Of a stretch of 64,000 bases of DNA, positions 43,280-53,210 are shown in pieces. A program made the translations under genes and the position numbers. Below the pieces are notes generated by a model that saw only the letters and a list, made by a program, of their open reading frames with translations, searched no databases and was not told the DNA's origin. Within the stretch, counting starts at the first letter, position 1. Each line of letters opens with the position of its first letter. Source of the DNA: Rebecca billardiae RCC1528 (Eukaryota; Protista; Haptophyta); NCBI GenBank assembly GCA_965240325.2, contig OZ251230.1:1-64000 (forward strand), read 5' to 3'.

Positions 43280-43890
43280 GAGCCCGGTTTGGCGCCCACG
43301 CGGCGAGGGCGACGACGGGCGTACACGGGGGGGCCGCGGCGGCGGGAAGCGCGCGGGCGCGGCCGAAAACGGCACGGCCCGGATGCCTCTCCCAGGCCGC
43401 GGACGCGCACCGCGCCTACTCCTCGCACGCTGCTAACTTGAACTTCATCCGGTGCATGCGTTGTTGGTTGTTTTTACATTGTTTGCTGCCGACCAGCTCA
43501 AGTTCCACGGCTGGTCAAGGTTCGGCTTGCGACCTCGCCGCTTGTGCTTGCAAGAAGGTACACGAGTTGTTCGAACTCCCACGCACCCCCTCTGCGCTTG
43601 TCGACGCCCTCTGAAGGTGACTCGGGGTGCATGCGGGGCAGTGGAATGCAGTGGGTCGGCATTGACTCCCAGTCGTCCAGCGCGCAGGCCACGTAGCGCG
43701 GATGTGGTGCGCGCATGGCCCGGTAATTCGGTGGTGGCATGTCTGCATGGGCTACCCAAGGCCTGCCGCTCTGCGAAGCGAGCGCTTAGAAGCGTGTGCC
43801 GACCGTGCCAGCCACGCCAAGATGGGGCACTTCGCTGGGAAATGCGGGCTCAAGTTCCATCCCTGGCTCAAGTTCCTGAGTTCCAAGGAA
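43280..43890. mobile_element. MITE-like element, copy 2 (inverted, termini eroded)
   Basis: Reverse complement of ~25460-26030; 55/60 identical in a sampled stretch; terminal TATGGAGCG missing. Confidence 0.85.
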
Positions 43891-43899
43891 TCCGGATGG

Positions 43900-46800
43900 C
43901 AGTCCGGGTCAAGTGCACGCTTCGCGAGATCTGAGCCTCGCGATGGCGTCGGCCGGGATGCGGCCCCGCAGCCGACGCCCCTCGGCGGAGGGGGCGCGGC
44001 GCCGCGGCGCGAGCGAGGAGGCGGCGACGAGGTGCGCGCCTGCACGCATCGGTCGTGTGTGGCCCTGCTCCGCGCCTCCGCGGCCAAGCAGCTGCACTCC
44101 CTCGCCCGCCCGCCCGCTCGCGCGTGTGGCGTGCGTGCGCGGGGCGGCCGCGCACCCTCGCGGGGTCGCGCGCGCGTGGCACGGCCGAGGGCGGCCAGGC
44201 GGGCGCCGCGCGTGGGGGCCGTGCGTATGACCCCAAGAGCCATCGCGCGCGCCCGGGCCACCGAGCCGGATACGGCCGCGTTGCGATTTCCGCAACCGCC
44301 AGACACGCGCGTGCTCAGAACGGCGCCCCGCGGCCCCGCGCGCGCGCGCGACGCGCGCGCAGGGCGAGGGAGCGCCGCAGGGGCTGTTTCTGGCGCGGGC
44401 AAAGAGGGGCAGGTATAGCTGACTGCCACCATCTCTTCTGACCTGGCGGTGACGGTGGCAGGCTCGGCAGCGAGCTCGGCGGTCGGGTCGGCGGCTGTGC
44501 TGATGGCGGCGATGATGGTAGAGGGCTTGGTGGCGGAGATGTAGGCAGTGACGGTTGCGGGCTCGGCGGCGGGCTTGGTGGCGGCGACGTAGGCGGTGAC
44601 AGTGGCGGGCTCGGCGACGGGCTCGGTAGCGGCGACGGTATGCAGCTGACCCGCCACCCACGGCCCGCGGCCGACGGGCCGCTTGCGGCTTGGCGGATGG
44701 CCAGAGAAGCAGACGGCCGGGCAGTCTGGGCGGCAGCGAGGGTGGTGGGGATGGACGCGGGCTCGGTGGCGGAAGCGGCAGAGGCGGGCTTGATCAGCGG
44801 GCTCGCGCGGCGGCCAGCATGGCTGGTTCGGCGCTGGCGATGGCGGTGGGAAGAGTCTGAAGGTCAAAGCCTCCTGGCCGGAGTAGCTCCGCGGGACTCC
44901 CTGCGTCACCACGGGAGGGCTGAGTTCGTGAGGGAGATCGATCGGCGTCATCACCAGGCGGTCGATCTGGTAGATCGAGTTCCACAGCAGGAGCTGACGC
45001 CGCATGTTGCATATTAGCAGTCACGTAACGACAACCGTATAGTAGCTGTCTACTATCGCGGCTGCATCACTATCGTCGCGTCATCGTCATAATATCATTA
45101 TTTTTATTCGATCGTCTCGCGGCCCGGCAGCGGGCAGCATCCTCAGGCTCAGCTTCACAGTCGGCTGACGACTTGGCAATCAATCCTTGATAGATTGCGG
45201 TCCTTCGGCTGCGAGTGCCCGGCCAGCGCGCCCGGGGCCTGCTCCTGACGACACGCGACCTGAGACTGCCTGCCTGAGGCTAGCTACTCCTGACGATCGG
45301 ACAACGCTGGCGGAGCACTAGCAGCCTACGGTCGCTGAGTAGTCTAAGTCAGTTCATCAAACTCGACCAGACTGGGCAGCGACGACCATCCCTCTCACGG
45401 ACTCAGCCTTACTGAGGTGACGCAGCCATCCCGCAGAGCCCTGCTTCAGCATGTCCGGGCATCGGTGAGCCAGAGCCAAGCGGGTGGCCCGTGCGACAAC
45501 ATGGCAGCGTCAGCACCAACACCCAGAGCTTGGCCGCGCTGTGTCACCGCAAAGCTCTGACCGAGAGCGACAGTGACGCGGCGATCCCGCCGCCGCGCCG
45601 CCGCCTCAGCCGTCTCACAGCCCGTCTTCGTCGGGCCGCCGAACCGTCCACCGAGCCAGCCACCGGTCTCCACCATCACTGAGCCACCGCCCGCAGCAGT
45701 CTACGTCCCGGCCAAGGCGCAGGCATCGGCCCGGCGTTTGAGCCTGCCAGCACGCCGGCCAGCGCTCTGATGCCGCGCGTCCTCGATACTGGTTGCCGAG
45801 CTGTCGCGCTGCCGTGCCCGGCAAGACACGTGGATCCGCTGCCGAGCATTCACCAGCCTCCGAACCCGCGCACGCCTCCGACCGGGGCATGCATGCACCG
45901 TCGATCTACCCAGCCGGAAGCAGCTCGACAGCCCCGCTGTGTGGCGCGCCTGCCGGTACGTCCGCTGCCTGCTCGAGGGCGAGCGCGCACCGCCTCACCT
46001 GTCGACCACGACAGCACGCCTCGCGTGCACACTCTGACGGCGAGGCCCGGGATCCGGGCGGGCGATGGCACTACCCACGCCTCCGCCAAGTCTCGGCCTG
46101 GCCGAGGGGCGCAACACTGGCCGAGCCCTTGGCCCGGCGCGCCGCCGCCAGCCTGTGCTGACAAGCCCAAGCCGTGCGCGGCAGGCATGCACGTGAGAGC
46201 GGCGATGGGCGGCGTTGCGCGGCGCCAGGAGGGCCAGGGGCATGTCAGACTCGACTCCGCCGCGTCGCGCGCGGCCAAGCGCGCGCTCTGCACTAGGGAC
46301 GCGCGACGCGAGGCGGGCGCTGCGCACGCACGCGGCCATCCCGACCAGCGTCAAACGGGCGGCGCCAGCGGAGGGAGGTGGTGTCGTCAGACGAGAGCAC
46401 CTCCCTCCGAACGAGAGCGCCTCCCAGTGGGAGGGACGTGCTCACGAGTACGAGTTCGGCTGTGCGCACTCTGTTCGCGCCGGCCGGCGGCGCACGGACA
46501 GACACACAGATCACGTCGGCTGGCAGCCAGCCGCTCTCTGACCAGGTCAGAAGAGATGGTGGCAGTCAGCTGTACCTGCCCCTCTTTGCCCGCGCCAGAA
46601 ACAGCCCCTGCGGCGCTCCCTCGCCCTGCGCGCGCGTCGCGCGCGCACGCGGGGCCGCGGGGCGCCGTTCTGAGCACGCGCGTGTCTGGCGGTTGCGGAA
46701 ATCGCAACGCGGCCGTATCCGGCTCGGTGGCCCGGGCGCGCGCGATGGCTTTTGGGGTCATACGCACGCCCCCCGCGCGCGGCGCCCGCCTGGCCGCCCT

Positions 46801-47088
46801 CGGCCGTGCCACGCGCGCGCGACCCCGCGAGGGTGCGCGGCCGCCCCGCGCGCGCACGCCACACGCGCGAGCGGGCGGGCGGGCGAGGGAGTGCAGCTGC
46901 TTGGCCGCGGAGGCGCGGAGCAGGGCCACACACGACCGGTGCGTGCAGGCGCGCACCTCGCCGCCGCCTCCTCGCTCGCGCCGCGGCGCCGCGCCCCCTC
47001 CGCCGAGGGGCGTCGGCTGCGGGGCCGCATCCCGGCCGACGCCATCGCGAGGCTCAGATCTCGCGAAGCGTGCACTTGACCCGGACTG
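43900..47088. mobile_element. 3189-bp non-autonomous element or foldback with 547-bp inverted arms
   Basis: 43900-44446 is the reverse complement of 46542-47088 (about 8 mismatches seen). TGG flanks both ends (43897-43899, 47089-47091). No transposase seen inside. Confidence 0.8.
44447..45005 (-). pseudogene. Decayed Ser/Pro-rich (SPPPSPP) gene fragment inside the inverted-arm element
   Basis: Minus strand of ~44447-44650 encodes PSPSPSPPLSPPTSPPPSPPPSP..., out of frame with upstream MRRQLLLWNSIY...; cut off at the arm boundary. Confidence 0.4.
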
Positions 47089-47211
47089 TGGGTTCGGAGA
47101 GCACGCTCGTCGCTCCGGTCCGATCGCTCGCCCGGCTGGCGGAGGCTTCCAGACGCCGGCCACCGACGGCGCTCACGGCCGGGCGACGCCGTTTAGGCGC
47201 GAGCGCGCGTC

Positions 47212-47841
47212 GTGGCCATGTCGCGGGCGAACGGGGGGTTCGCGTCGATGGACGAGATGATGGGCATGAGCTTCGATCAGATGCGCGCGTCCATGGGCCC
47301 CGCGCACTCCTCGGCGTCGCATGCCGCACTGAGTGCGCACCGCAGCGGTGGCGACGCGAGCATGCCGCTGCCGCTCGGCAGCGCACTCGGCACGGGCATG
47401 CTGACAATGAGTGCAGCGCCGCCGTCGGGCCCCGTGGAGATCCCCGACCACCGCCAGGAGCTCGACGTCTACTTCGTCGGCCCGGGAGCGGCCGAGGCGG
47501 CCAGCGGTGCGGCGGGGCTCAGCTCGCTCGACGCCGCGCGGGCGGAGGGCGTGTGCGCGGGCAAGTCCGACTTCTCAGAGCTCGAGGCGCTGGACGCGGC
47601 GGTGCGGCGCGGGGAAAGAGTGGTTATCGCCGTCAACCGTGGCGATCGCTCGCTCAAGTCGGCGCAGGCCTACCTTGCCACGAGCATCGCGCGCTGGCTC
47701 TCGGAGCGGCAGCCGGACGGCGCTGGACGGCTGACGGGCGTGAGCAAGAATGTGGACCCGGCCACGCGCAAGCACTTCACGCGCAGGCAGATCCAGGCCA
47801 TCGTCGACTTTGCTGGGGGCATGGATGGGCAGCCGCGATGA
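47212..47841 (+). CDS. Hypothetical 209-aa protein, possible degenerate U-box-like C-terminus
   Basis: Coding-like composition; AYLATSIARWL...DPATRKHF. Confidence 0.6.
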   Translation: MAMSRANGGFASMDEMMGMSFDQMRASMGPAHSSASHAALSAHRSGGDASMPLPLGSALGTGMLTMSAAPPSGPVEIPDHRQELDVYFVGPGAAEAASGAAGLSSLDAARAEGVCAGKSDFSELEALDAAVRRGERVVIAVNRGDRSLKSAQAYLATSIARWLSERQPDGAGRLTGVSKNVDPATRKHFTRRQIQAIVDFAGGMDGQPR

Positions 47842-48939
47842 TCGGAGGAGATTTCACTACGACGATACAGCAAAACTCACGAGTTAAGGGCCGTTCGCGA
47901 GAATCCTGGGCCACTAGTGTCCGTGTACTGTGCCTGCTCTGCAGTGCTGCGGGCTGCCTGTGAGTACGACTGCTGCCTCCGGCCCGGGCACTCAGTAGCC
48001 CGCAAGCGCAGCACCAGTGACGACGCCGTTATTGCTGTTGCCTGTTTAATGTCAACACCAAGGATCACACGCGAGGGCACTGTCTGTCAGCCGGACCGCG
48101 GCGCGCCCGCGACGCGGTCCACGTCGGACTCGGTACTACTACTCGGTCCCGGGTCCGGTCGTCGTCCGCCGTGACTGCTCGCCAGAGCCTGCTGGCACCG
48201 CGGCGCCGCGCCGGGCACTACGCGCGCGCCGCGCGCCGAGCAGCTACGGAGTACGGTCGTTAAAAGTTAAGCCTAAGAGTCTGATCGTGTCCGAGCTTGA
48301 GCAGTGGCATCAGCCTATACGGCTATACTCGCTTGACTCAGTCAGACAGTACGGTACTACAGACTCACTATTAACTACTCAGACGGTTCCGGGGGCAGTT
48401 GGCGGGCAGTCAGTTCCAGAGTATAACTGCAGAGTGCACGGTAGTCGCGATCTGTCGGACTGCGCTGTCAGTGTCGTATTTGACCGGGCCATGTTCCGCT
48501 TGAAGCGGGCGGCCCGGCGCCTCGGGCCTCGCCGAGAGTCCGCGGGAACAGTACCCGCCGGACGGCGGCTGTGGGCGTGGCGCGGGCCGTGGCGCCGCCG
48601 GCCCGGCCCGGACTCTCAGTCTCACCCGATCGACCGAGTCTCGGATATCACCGATCAGCATATCACATTATTATTATTCCGTATTTCACTGATCGGATTC
48701 ACTACTGGCGAGTCACGGATCAGACATCGCATCGATATATATTAGTCCGGGCTCGCATGGTCAGTGGCTCACTCGCCTCCGCGACCGCTACCGGGTGGGT
48801 CTGAGACTGAGTCCGGGGTCGGCGGGGTCCGACGGCGCTGACGAGTCTCAGTCAGAGAGCTTGACAAGCACTGGTCACCAGACTGTCTGTCACGGTCGGT
48901 ACCGTATCGGAGTGTCGTCACATCAGTATGTGCCAACGA

Positions 48940-49058
<119 letters not shown>

Positions 49059-49553
49059 ATAAGCGCGTGTTCCGGTCCGTCCGACGAGACGGAGAGTGAC
49101 TGCTCTGCCTCTGGCCGTGACTCGTGAGTCATCACTCTCGAAGTCTCCGGTCCTGACGGCGTGGTCCCGGTTACACTCGGGTCTGGCGCAACTCCCGCGC
49201 CGGCGCGGATCGATGACCCCGCGCGGTCGTGATGGCTCATGGCCGTCAGAGTCTGTCGTGAGTGAGCTGATTCTGGCGCGCGGTCTCGGCCGCCCCCGGG
49301 AGGGCGGCCGTCGCGTGACAAGCAGCTCACCGGTCGACACTGTCAGCCCGCGGCCTCCCGCGCCGTCGCGGGCGCGCAGCCTCAGACTGCGGGGGCCGAG
49401 GGCGGAGCCCACGGCCGCGGATTGCCCCGCGTCCACGAGCCCAGCGCCTCCTCGACCTGAGGCCGCCAGCGCCGGCGTCGGCCGTCGTCAGCGCGGGCCG
49501 CACGCGCCGCGCCGCCGCGGCCGAGAGTCCGAGGGGGGCTCGGGAGTGCGCGC

Positions 49554-50888
49554 CTAGTACTCCTCGCCCTCCTCCTCGTCGAACTCGCCCTCCTCCTCGG
49601 CGGAGGCGTCCTGGTACTGCTGGTACTCGGAGACGAGGTCGTTGAGGTTCGACTCTGCCTCGGTGAACTCCATCTCGTCCATGCCCTCGCCCGTGTACCA
49701 GTGGAGGAACGCCTTGCGGCGGAACATGGCGGTGAACTGCTCGGAGATGCGCTTCATCACCTCCTGCATGCACGTCGAGTTGCCGACAAACGCGACGGCC
49801 ATCTTGAGGCCCTTGGGCGGGATGTCGCAGATGGACGACTTGATGTTGTTCGGGATCCACTCGACGAAGTAGGACGAGTTCTTGTTCTGCACGTTGAGCA
49901 TCTGCTCGTCCACCTCCTTGGTCGACATGCGGCCGCGGAAGAGCGCCGCCGCCGTCAGGTAGCGGCCGTGGCGCGGGTCGGCGGCGGCCATCATGTTCTT
50001 CGCGTCGAACATCTGCTGCGTGAGCTCCGGCACGGTGAGCGCGCGGTACTGCTGCGAGCCGCGCGAGGTGAGCGGCGAGAAGCCGATCATGAAGAAGTGC
50101 AGGCGCGGGAACGGCACGAGGTTGACGCCCATCTTGCGCAGGTCGCTGTTGAGCTGGCCCGGGAAGCGCAGGCAGCACGTCGACGACGACATGACGGCGG
50201 CGACGAGGTGGTTGAGGTCGCCGAAGGTGGGCGTGGTGAGCTTGAGCGTGCGGAAGCAGATGTCGTACAGCGCCTCGTTGTCGAGCAGCAGGCACTCGTC
50301 CGAGTTCTCCACCAGCTGGTGCACCGAGAGCGTCGCGTTGTACGGCTCGACGACGGTGTCCGACACCTTGGGCGACGGGAAGACAGAGTAGGTGACCATG
50401 ATGCGGTCGGGGTACTCCTCGCGGATCTTCGAGATGAGGAGCGTGCCCATGCCCGAGCCCGTCCCGCCGCCCAGCGAGTGCGTGATCTGGAAGCCCTGCA
50501 GGCAGTCGCACGACTCCGCCTCCTTGCGCACGACGTCGAGCACCGCGTCGATCAGCTCGGCGCCCTCGGTGTAGTGGCCCTTGGCCCAGTTGTTGCCCGC
50601 GCCGGATTGGCCGAAGACGAAGTTGTCCGGGCGGAAGATCTGGCCGAACGGCCCCGAGCGCACCGAGTCCATCGTGCCCGGCTCGAGGTCCATCAGGATC
50701 GCGCGAGGCACGTACCGCCCACCGGTCGCCTCGTTGAAGTACACGTTGATGCGCTCGAGCTGGAGGTCCGAGTCGCCGTGGTACGTGCCGGTCGGGTCGA
50801 CGCCGTGCTCATCGGAGATCACCTCCCAGAACTTCGCGCCGATCTGGTTGCCGCACTGGCCGCCCTGGATGTGAACGATCTCACGCAT
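49554..50888 (-). CDS. TUBB: Beta-tubulin, intronless, 444 aa
   Basis: [54 protein letters not shown]. Confidence 0.99.
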   Translation of the reverse strand: MREIVHIQGGQCGNQIGAKFWEVISDEHGVDPTGTYHGDSDLQLERINVYFNEATGGRYVPRAILMDLEPGTMDSVRSGPFGQIFRPDNFVFGQSGAGNNWAKGHYTEGAELIDAVLDVVRKEAESCDCLQGFQITHSLGGGTGSGMGTLLISKIREEYPDRIMVTYSVFPSPKVSDTVVEPYNATLSVHQLVENSDECLLLDNEALYDICFRTLKLTTPTFGDLNHLVAAVMSSSTCCLRFPGQLNSDLRKMGVNLVPFPRLHFFMIGFSPLTSRGSQQYRALTVPELTQQMFDAKNMMAAADPRHGRYLTAAALFRGRMSTKEVDEQMLNVQNKNSSYFVEWIPNNIKSSICDIPPKGLKMAVAFVGNSTCMQEVMKRISEQFTAMFRRKAFLHWYTGEGMDEMEFTEAESNLNDLVSEYQQYQDASAEEEGEFDEEEGEEY

Positions 50889-51426
50889 GGTGCGAAGGGG
50901 GGCGGGGGGGGCGCAAGCTAAAGTAGCGGGTGCGCACGTTGACGCGCGCTTGGGGCAGTGCGCCAGTGCCACTGGCAAAAAGCGCTTGATTGCCGCGTTC
51001 CACGAAGCCGCCCTTGGTTCCAGGGCGCTTTTCGTGGTAACTGGCACGAGTACACTCATTCGTGCCGGAACCGCCCGCCAAAAGAGGCCCAAACCAGTGG
51101 CGCCCCAACCGTATTCAGTTACTGTGCAGATGATACTGCTGACGGCGGGCGCGCTCAATACCAAACGCCTTGTAACTGCTTATTTCGGTCGTAGGCTCAT
51201 AAAAGTTGGGTATGTACTTAGGTGGGGCCGGGTCGTAATGAGCACATATCGTATAGGGGCACTGCTGAATTGTGAGCGGCCTACAAGCCACGTCGTCGCT
51301 CGACTGTTTTTAATCCCTCCGCCTGCGACTCGTATGATGAGCTCTCATTACACTCTCGTCAGCACAGCTCTGTGAACAAGGGTACCCATAGTCACGCCAC
51401 CGGTGGGGCTACGAGGCGATCAGAGT

Positions 51427-52803
51427 TCAGACCGTGAGGTTCGCCTCGTCAGTGTAGTCGACCGGCTGCTCGTACGGCGGCAGCTCGCGTACCAAGCGCG
51501 CCGCCGCGCGCACGGCGGCCGTGCAGTCGTTCTCGTCCCACCAGCACGCCTCGACGAAGCACGCGTCGTCGCACACGCCGTCGCCGATCCAGTCGACGCG
51601 GCAGCCCGGCACGCAGGTCGAGACGTGCCCGAGCGCGTTGCGCACGACGCGCGAGACCATGCTCGGGTGCGGGTGCGGGTAGTGCTCGTTCAGGTTCTGC
51701 GCCAGCCCGCTCTGGTGGCGCGAGGACAGCCGCGCCCAGCTGCAGTCGCCGCCGTCGTGCCTGCACGCCGTGTTCATGCACGCCTCGTCGCACACGCCGT
51801 TCGACACGCGCGCGATCGGGCAGCCGGGCGCGCACTCGCGGTGGTCGAGCATCGGCGCGGACGCGCGGCTCTCGTCCGCGGGCAGCGCGTCGGCGAGCGC
51901 GAAGCCGGCGGGCGGCAGCTCGGCCACGCCGAGCAGCGTCAGCCTCACCTCGAACTCCACCACCGCCGCCTCGCGCGCGCCCGCCAGCCGCTCGAACAGC
52001 TCGCGGTCCACCATGAAGGAGAGCGTGGCGGTGCACGCGAGCTCGAGGGCGAGCTCGCAGAAGGCGGCCGAGTCGCGCCGCACCACCACGTCTCCGGGCA
52101 TCGGCAGGTACCAGCTCGCGGGGAGCTTGCGCAGGTCGCTCGCGGTGAAGGAGAGCGCCGCGCCCACGCCGTGCTGCAGCTCCTCCGACAGCGACGGCGC
52201 CGCGATGTGCACCGCGAGCGCGGCGTCGGCCGGCGCGAGCGTGCGCGCGTCGACGGGCAGCTGCACGGACGTGCAGTTGGGCGACAGCCCGCCCAGCGCG
52301 GGCGAGTAGCTGCCGTGCCGGTGGCACGCGACGCGGAGCGTGCGCGAGGCGGCGGCCTCGTCGAAGCCGCGCATCTGCACGCTGATGCTGCTCACCGCGT
52401 CCGCGTGCGCGAGCACGCTCGCGTGCAGCACGAGCTCGTCCGAGCTCGCCGGGAAGTGCGCGCTGCCGCGCTCGATCAGCAGCGGCGCGTCGTCGCACCA
52501 GCCGACGGACCAGTGGGCGTTGCGCGCGCTGGGCCGCGCCTCGCCGATGGCGAGGTACGTCCGCACGCCGTCCGCCTGCCCGCCCCGCCGCGGGCAGCCC
52601 TCGAGCTTCACGCTGAGCGCCATCGCCGAGGGCGGCACCTTGGTGCGGAAGTGCTGCACGCCGTGCTCGCTCAGCTGCAGCAGCGCGGGGCGGCCGGCGA
52701 AAAGGTCGGCCTCGTCGGGGGAGCTGCCCGTCAGCGCGGGCGGCGCGGACGCGACGCCGTGCGCGAGGAGCGCTGCGGCGCCGAGCGTGAGCAGGCACCT
52801 CAT
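51427..52803 (-). CDS. Secreted protein with two LNR (Lin-12/Notch) repeats
   Basis: Signal peptide MRCLLTLGAAALLAHGVASA; repeats CAPGC...NGVCDEACMNTACRHDGGDC and CVPGC...GDGVCDDACFVEACWWDENDC. Confidence 0.8.
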   Translation of the reverse strand: MRCLLTLGAAALLAHGVASAPPALTGSSPDEADLFAGRPALLQLSEHGVQHFRTKVPPSAMALSVKLEGCPRRGGQADGVRTYLAIGEARPSARNAHWSVGWCDDAPLLIERGSAHFPASSDELVLHASVLAHADAVSSISVQMRGFDEAAASRTLRVACHRHGSYSPALGGLSPNCTSVQLPVDARTLAPADAALAVHIAAPSLSEELQHGVGAALSFTASDLRKLPASWYLPMPGDVVVRRDSAAFCELALELACTATLSFMVDRELFERLAGAREAAVVEFEVRLTLLGVAELPPAGFALADALPADESRASAPMLDHRECAPGCPIARVSNGVCDEACMNTACRHDGGDCSWARLSSRHQSGLAQNLNEHYPHPHPSMVSRVVRNALGHVSTCVPGCRVDWIGDGVCDDACFVEACWWDENDCTAAVRAAARLVRELPPYEQPVDYTDEANLTV

Positions 52804-53210
52804 GCACCTCGTGCACGTGGGGCGGGTGGTGGCGGGGAGCCGCGGCCTTTGAAGGTGCTCGTGTGCGTCTGTGCGAGACCTGCACTATCCGTTTTACCTG
52901 TAGCGGGTAACGCGGTAAGTTCATCGAGCCTGCCTAGGAGTCGATGAATATGTGTATTCAGCCTGAGAGTTTCGGCAGCACTCAAAGTGCTGGGCGGGAA
53001 CGATTATTGAACGCCCACCGACTGTTTACGGGTGAACATATGCGCCGCTTCCCAGCCCTGCGATTAATACAAACCTGGGTATGAGGGTATCTTGTCGGCG
53101 GCACAAAAATGGATCAAAAGGTCACCTGCCGGGGCCAAAGGACGAAACGGCCGCCGCTCGTACGAAATGGCGGCCGTCCACCAACCGCCGGGCTCCCAAA
53201 GGTGAGCGTG

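Noticed and set aside
43498-43740. 80-codon ORF within the MITE (…AWEFEQLVYLLASTSGE…)
   Set aside because: Some third-position differences between the copies, but copy 1 has an in-frame TGA and several non-synonymous changes; coding evidence is insufficient.
50889-51164. N-terminal extension of beta-tubulin in the ORF track
   Set aside because: The canonical MREI start is at 50888; upstream sequence is UTR or promoter.
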